From Ferruginibacter sp. (GTDB lineage: Bacteria > Bacteroidota > Bacteroidia > Chitinophagales > Chitinophagaceae): DNA of 64,000 nt. Under the pieces are notes generated by a model. That model ran no database searches, had not been told where the DNA came from, and worked only from the letters and a program-made list of their open reading frames with translations. Numbering within the stretch: the first letter of the stretch is position 1; each line of letters starts with the position of its first letter. This document shows positions 59,027-64,000 of the stretch, piece by piece. Position numbers and translations under genes: made by a program. The stretch spans positions 4,754 through 68,753 of the forward strand of contig JANXSR010000134.1 of assembly GCA_025352625.1 (NCBI GenBank). Reading direction: 5' to 3'.

Positions 59027-59746
59027 TTACAATAATCCCCCAAATACTTTTTTCAAAATCTCCGTGGTTCTGGCAACAGGGTTTTCCCTGATGTTTTTTT
59101 CTTCCTTCGCCACCAAATCAAACAAGGCATTGGTGGCCCTGTCTGTAACAAAGCCGGGTAAATCCGGATTTAGTTTTTTAAATGTTGTGGGGAAATTGTT
59201 GTAGGTATTTACCATGTCACCATAGTATTTTGTAGCCTCCGTTTTATTTAACGATGATTTTATTACGGGTAAAAATGCGGAGGTAAGCTGGCCGATTGTT
59301 TTTGTTCTAAAATAATGGGTAGCGCTGGTATCGCCACCTTTTATAATATTAATGGCATCGGTAAGTGTCATTTGCTTTATGGCATCAACAAAAATAGGCT
59401 TGGCATATCCGGCAGCATCTTCAGCACCCCGATTGATTTGCAGAATTGCTTTATCAACTATACTACCCATTCCCAAAGTACGCAGGGTATTTTCTATTTT
59501 TATTGCATCGGGCGGCAACAAAACTTTATAGGCTGCATTGTTGAAAAATCCATCCTCTGTATTTAATTGCAGTACTGCTTTTACCAATCCCTGGCTTAGC
59601 GCTTCTTTAATACCTTGCCCCGCTTCGGCCTCTGTTACTGTTCCTCCCATGCCTGAAGCCTGTGGCAATTGCTGCAACACATCGCAACTGGCAAATAATC
59701 CTGCAATCGTTAACACTACTAAAAGTTTTTTCATATTTTTCTGCAT
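59027..59746 (-). CDS. DUF4197-family lipoprotein/secreted protein
   Basis: 239 aa. Lipoprotein-like signal (LFASC) and the EAGQGIKEALSQGLVKAV motif typical of DUF4197. Confidence 0.7.
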   Translation of the reverse strand: MQKNMKKLLVVLTIAGLFASCDVLQQLPQASGMGGTVTEAEAGQGIKEALSQGLVKAVLQLNTEDGFFNNAAYKVLLPPDAIKIENTLRTLGMGSIVDKAILQINRGAEDAAGYAKPIFVDAIKQMTLTDAINIIKGGDTSATHYFRTKTIGQLTSAFLPVIKSSLNKTEATKYYGDMVNTYNNFPTTFKKLNPDLPGFVTDRATNALFDLVAKEEKNIRENPVARTTEILKKVFGGLL

Positions 59747-59849
59747 TTTTTAAATAAATATAGGCAAGTATCCTGCCAGATAATTAACCTTCGTCCCCTA
59801 ATGGACAAATGAGTTCCATACGGTATCTTCGCAAAAATTTTGAAGCAGC

Positions 59850-61376
59850 ATGAGCACACAACATTTATCAGAGCAGGAAGTAATCAGGAGAGATAAATTG
59901 ACAGAGTTAACTAAACTGGGCATTGATGCATATCCTGCAGCATTGTATCCGGTTAACACCACATCTGTTTATATTAAAAAAACTTTTAAGGGCGAAGAAA
60001 ATAAAGATCAGTTTGCTGCCGTATGCATTGCCGGCAGAATCATGAGTGTTCGTGATATGGGCAAGGCCAACTTCGCCGTATTACAAGATGCTGTTGGAAA
60101 AATTCAATTTTATATTAAGCAGGATGATATTTGCCCCGGTGAAGATAAAACGCTGTACCAGACTGTATGGAAAAAACTAATTGATATCGGCGATATTATT
60201 GGTATTAAAGGGTATGTGTTTACAACCAAAACAGGTGAAACTTCCATTCACGTAAAAGAGTTTACCATACTTACCAAATCATTGCGTCCATTACCGATTG
60301 TAAAAGAAAAAGATGGCGAAGCATTTGATGAAGTAACCGATCCTGAATTTCGTTACAGGCAGCGCTATGCTGACCTGATTGTAAACCCGGGAGTAAAAGA
60401 AACCTTCATCAAACGCACCAAAATGATGAATGCCATCCGTGAATTTTTAAATGAACGGGGTGCGCTTGAAGTAGATACACCTGTTTTACAAAGTATTCCC
60501 GGGGGTGCGGCGGCAAGGCCTTTTACAACACACCACAACGCATTGGATGTACCCATGTATATGCGCATTGCAAACGAATTGTATTTAAAAAGATTAATAG
60601 TTGGCGGCTTTGAATGGGTATACGAATTTAGCCGCAACTTTCGCAATGAAGGAATGGACCGTACGCACAATCCTGAATTTACCGTATTGGAATTTTACGT
60701 GGCATACAAAGATTACGAATGGATGATGGAAACCACAGAACAATTACTGGAGAAAGCAGCGCTGGCTACAAATGGTTCTTCAAAAGTTTTGGCAGGTGAA
60801 AAGGAAATAGATTTTAAAGCTCCTTACAAAAGAATCACGATGTATGATTCTATAAAAGAATTTACAGGTTTTGATATTAGTGAAATGGATGAAGATGGTA
60901 TTAGGGGAGTTTGCCAACAAATAGGCATACACGCAGATGGCAAGTGGGGCAAGGGTAAATTAATAGACGAGATATTTGGCAGTAAATGCGAAGGCAACTA
61001 CATACAACCGACCTTTATAACAGACTACCCGGTGGAGATGAGCCCGCTTACAAAAAAGCACCGCAGCAAAGCCGGACTGGTAGAACGTTTTGAACTGATG
61101 TGCAATGGTAAAGAAATTGCCAATGCTTATAGTGAGCTAAATGACCCAATTGAACAAAGGGAACGTTTTGAAGACCAAACCAAATTAATGGAAAGAGGTG
61201 ATGATGAAGCCATGTTTATTGACCATGACTTTTTGCGTGCACTGGAATATGGTATGCCTCCAACCAGCGGTATTGGATTTGGTATTGATAGAATTGCTAT
61301 GTTGTTAACCAACCAACATTCTATTCAGGATGTATTGTTTTTTCCAATGATGCGCCCTGAAAAAAATATGGATTAA
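59850..61376 (+). CDS. lysS: Lysine--tRNA ligase (class II)
   Basis: 508 aa. OB-fold N-domain and class II motifs (FRNEG, GIGIDR). Confidence 0.97.
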   Translation: MSTQHLSEQEVIRRDKLTELTKLGIDAYPAALYPVNTTSVYIKKTFKGEENKDQFAAVCIAGRIMSVRDMGKANFAVLQDAVGKIQFYIKQDDICPGEDKTLYQTVWKKLIDIGDIIGIKGYVFTTKTGETSIHVKEFTILTKSLRPLPIVKEKDGEAFDEVTDPEFRYRQRYADLIVNPGVKETFIKRTKMMNAIREFLNERGALEVDTPVLQSIPGGAAARPFTTHHNALDVPMYMRIANELYLKRLIVGGFEWVYEFSRNFRNEGMDRTHNPEFTVLEFYVAYKDYEWMMETTEQLLEKAALATNGSSKVLAGEKEIDFKAPYKRITMYDSIKEFTGFDISEMDEDGIRGVCQQIGIHADGKWGKGKLIDEIFGSKCEGNYIQPTFITDYPVEMSPLTKKHRSKAGLVERFELMCNGKEIANAYSELNDPIEQRERFEDQTKLMERGDDEAMFIDHDFLRALEYGMPPTSGIGFGIDRIAMLLTNQHSIQDVLFFPMMRPEKNMD

Positions 61377-61406
61377 TATATTTCACAACCGTTATTTATT
61401 ACCAGG

Positions 61407-61448
61407 CCCCGCCTAGCTCTTTGTTTAAAAAGCGCAGGCGGGGTTTCT
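61407..61448 (+). terminator. Rho-independent terminator after lysS
   Basis: ccccgcct (61407-61414) / aggcgggg (61436-61443) stem followed by TTTCT. The loop is long (21 nt). Confidence 0.55.
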
Positions 61449-61502
61449 AATTATTCGCTGGCAAATAAACAGAAATTTAAAACTTATGATTATTTTAGAA
61501 GA

Positions 61503-62078
61503 ATGAAAAAAATGCTGCTCCTTTTAATTTTCATAATTTTTGTAAAAGTTCTCTCTGCACAAAAAAAAGAAATATGCTTTATTAAAACAGCTCTGGGCGA
61601 TATTACTATTGAACTATATCCTTCAAAAGCACCACTTACTGTTGCTAATTTTTTAAAGTATGTAGATGTTCATTTGTACAATAATTCTTCTTTTTTTCGG
61701 GCTGTTACATTAAATAACCAACCTAAAGATTCTATAAAGATTGAAGTGATACAGGGTGGTAATGTAGATTCTCTAAAAGAGTTTGCTGCTATCCAGCTTG
61801 AAACCACCAAACAAACAGGCTTGCTTCATCAAGATGGCACTATTTCTATGGCAAGGGGAAAACCCGCAACAGCAACCTGCAGTTTTTTTATTTGTATAAA
61901 TGACCAGCCTTCTCTTGACTTTGGTGGGAGAAGAAATCCTGACGGACAAGGCTTTGCCGCATTTGGAAAAGTTATTAAAGGAATGGATATAGTAAAAAAA
62001 ATCCAACAACTATATCCCACCCAGGGGCAATATTTTAAACCCGAAGTTTCTATTTTGTCAATCACCAGAAAACAATAA
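61503..62078 (+). CDS. Secreted cyclophilin-type peptidyl-prolyl cis-trans isomerase
   Basis: 191 aa. Signal peptide and cyclophilin motifs (FFRAV, GTISMAR, SFFICI, FAAFGKVIKGMD). Confidence 0.9.
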   Translation: MKKMLLLLIFIIFVKVLSAQKKEICFIKTALGDITIELYPSKAPLTVANFLKYVDVHLYNNSSFFRAVTLNNQPKDSIKIEVIQGGNVDSLKEFAAIQLETTKQTGLLHQDGTISMARGKPATATCSFFICINDQPSLDFGGRRNPDGQGFAAFGKVIKGMDIVKKIQQLYPTQGQYFKPEVSILSITRKQ

Positions 62079-62081
62079 CAC

Positions 62082-64000
62082 ATGCAAAAATTTCTATCAG
62101 GCTTTATCATCGTTTTAGTATTGTGTACAATAAATAATAGTTTAAATGCACAAAATTTTGTAACCAATCAACGCCCATCCAATGGCACAGCGAGAATTGC
62201 GGCTTTTAAGCAACATCAATCTTTATTAAAAACATCCGCCTACAAAAACCTTCTATGGCGTAATGTAGGACCAGATTTTGTTAGCGGACGCTGTACAGAT
62301 GTTTGGGGTATTTCTGGAAATAAAAATATTATTTACGCCACATTTGCCACCGGAGGTTTATGGAAATCAGACAATGCCGGTAAAACATGGTCTTCCATTT
62401 TTGATCAATTCGGCACACAGTCAATCGGCAACATGTCCCTTGCACCATCCAATCCAGATATTATTTATGTAGGTACAGGCGAAGCTAATATTTTCAGGGC
62501 CTCTCTGCCAGGCATTGGAATGTTTAAATCTGTTGATGCCGGCAAAACATGGAAACATATCGGACTTGAAAATACCAGCACTATTGCAAGGGTGGTTGTG
62601 CATCCAGCTAACCCATCCATTGTATATGTTGCAGCAGGTGGAAATGAATGGAGTTATAATACAGACAGGGGCGTTTATCAATCCTTAAATGGCGGTAAAA
62701 CATGGAAAAAAATATTAGGTAATGATGATAAAACAGGTTGCATAGATCTTCGCATGGATCCTTCTGACCCCAATATTTTATATGCCTCTATGTGGAACCG
62801 TATTCGCAAACGTTGGAGCGATCCTGTTCCTGAAGACGGTGATTATATTTACAAAACAACCGATGGCGGTAAAACATGGAAGCCCCTTACTAACGGGTTG
62901 CCTGTTACAAAAACTACAGGCAGAATAGGACTGGATATTTCTAAAAGCAACCCTTCTGTTATTTATGCCTTTGTTGACAACCATGATAAAAAAAGAGAGC
63001 CGAAAAAAGATGAGCTGGATAGCTATGGAAGAATAAAGGAAATTATTGTAAAAGGAGTGGAAGTGTATAGAAGCAATGACAAAGGCGAGCACTGGATGAA
63101 AATGACACAGAACAATGATTATATGGAAAGATTTTGTGGCACTTACGGGTGGGTAATGGGGCAAATAAGAGTGAACCCTTTGGATGAAAATTGCCTGTAC
63201 ATTTTAGGACTGGCTATGGCCAAGTCTGCCGATGGGGGTAAAACATGGAAGCCCTTTAAACCTGTTGATACAACAAGCGATTATATTCACGGGGATAACC
63301 ACGCTTTGTGGATTGATGCTGCAGACTCAAATTATATTATCAATGGTGATGATGGCGGAGTAGCAGTAACCTATGATGGCGGTAACAAGTGGAAGAATTT
63401 TTATAAAGATATTCCTACCACACAATTTTATAATATCACGTATGATTCAAAAGAACCGTTTAATATTATCGGATCAGTGCAGGATGAAGGTTCTATGATG
63501 GGAAGTATTAACAATACTTATGGTAAAAAAGACACTACCATCAACCAATGGAAATTTGGACCGGGTGGCGAAGGCGTTATTCATGCTATTGACCCGGGTG
63601 ATGCCAATACCATTTACACTTCTTCCTTTTATGGCCGGTTAATAAAAGCAAACCTTGCTTTACCCGACTCTCTGCAGGAAAGAACAATTGCGCCAAAGAG
63701 AGCTGAAGATGAAGAAGCACATAGAGGCGAATGGCTGGCTTTTACCAAAATTTCACCACATAACAGGCTCACTATTTATCATGGTATGCAATACTTATTT
63801 AAATCGGTCGACAGTGGATTTAGCTGGAAAAGAATTAGCCCGGATATGAGTTACAACAACAAACAAAAAATGGGCAAAGCTCCTTATGCCATTAACCACC
63901 AGGCAATAACAGCCATTGATGAATCGCCCTTTAAAAAAGGTTTGTTGTATGTTGGTACAGACGATGGACGGGTTTGGATTAGTTTAAACGACGGAGGCAA
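62082..64000 (+). CDS. Secreted BNR/sortilin-VPS10-like repeat beta-propeller protein (3' end outside the window)
   Basis: Open frame from the ATG at 62082 to the window end, missing from the ORF track because it has no stop. Signal peptide, then repeated S/T-x-D-x-G-x-T-W motifs (SDNAGKTW, VDAGKTW, LNGGKTW, TDGGKTW, ADGGKTW, YDGGNKW). Confidence 0.8.
   Translation, partial: MQKFLSGFIIVLVLCTINNSLNAQNFVTNQRPSNGTARIAAFKQHQSLLKTSAYKNLLWRNVGPDFVSGRCTDVWGISGNKNIIYATFATGGLWKSDNAGKTWSSIFDQFGTQSIGNMSLAPSNPDIIYVGTGEANIFRASLPGIGMFKSVDAGKTWKHIGLENTSTIARVVVHPANPSIVYVAAGGNEWSYNTDRGVYQSLNGGKTWKKILGNDDKTGCIDLRMDPSDPNILYASMWNRIRKRWSDPVPEDGDYIYKTTDGGKTWKPLTNGLPVTKTTGRIGLDISKSNPSVIYAFVDNHDKKREPKKDELDSYGRIKEIIVKGVEVYRSNDKGEHWMKMTQNNDYMERFCGTYGWVMGQIRVNPLDENCLYILGLAMAKSADGGKTWKPFKPVDTTSDYIHGDNHALWIDAADSNYIINGDDGGVAVTYDGGNKWKNFYKDIPTTQFYNITYDSKEPFNIIGSVQDEGSMMGSINNTYGKKDTTINQWKFGPGGEGVIHAIDPGDANTIYTSSFYGRLIKANLALPDSLQERTIAPKRAEDEEAHRGEWLAFTKISPHNRLTIYHGMQYLFKSVDSGFSWKRISPDMSYNNKQKMGKAPYAINHQAITAIDESPFKKGLLYVGTDDGRVWISLNDGG

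Noticed and set aside
62421-63164. Minus-strand ORFs 62421..62681 and 62778..63164
   Set aside because: Both lie inside the long plus-strand BNR/sortilin-like reading frame, which shows six or more clear SxDxGxTW repeats.

Overview
The window looks like an ordinary chromosomal segment of a Bacteroidota genome, probably Chitinophagaceae or Sphingobacteriia-like. The basis for that is several exact TAnnTTTG -7 promoter boxes, a long NagB-LmbE fusion, rpoN, many Bacteroidota-typical DUF families and no Shine-Dalgarno signal. I call about 64 protein-coding genes, mostly housekeeping: uvrB, polA, purU, rpoN, lysS, asnB, a trans-sulfuration enzyme, an M3 peptidase, nagB and a dctA-like transporter. 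There is also a complete urease cluster, ureABC-EF-GD, plus a translationally coupled putative nickel permease (29735-35812). I saw no rRNA, tRNA, CRISPR array, transposase, integrase or recognisable multi-gene defence system, so I cannot point to a clear novel system. The observations most worth a second look are listed here. (1) A 235-bp element with 28-nt imperfect terminal inverted repeats exactly fills the ureF-ureG junction. (2) Two copies of a 30-nt ECF-type promoter-like motif (GTCGTCT -10 core) sit in front of an OMP/ECF-sigma/anti-sigma/Spy-like envelope module and its last gene. (3) A single low-GC gene with its own strong terminator sits between two polyamine-type genes. (4) A GH25 muramidase has a signal-anchor and is followed by a holin-like 2-TM gene. 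(5) Several palindromes and direct repeats lie in promoter regions: the urease leader, the ClC channel, the nagB/MFS region and the Fur/SCO/MerC region. All functional names come from reading motifs in the translated ORFs, and no database search was run.
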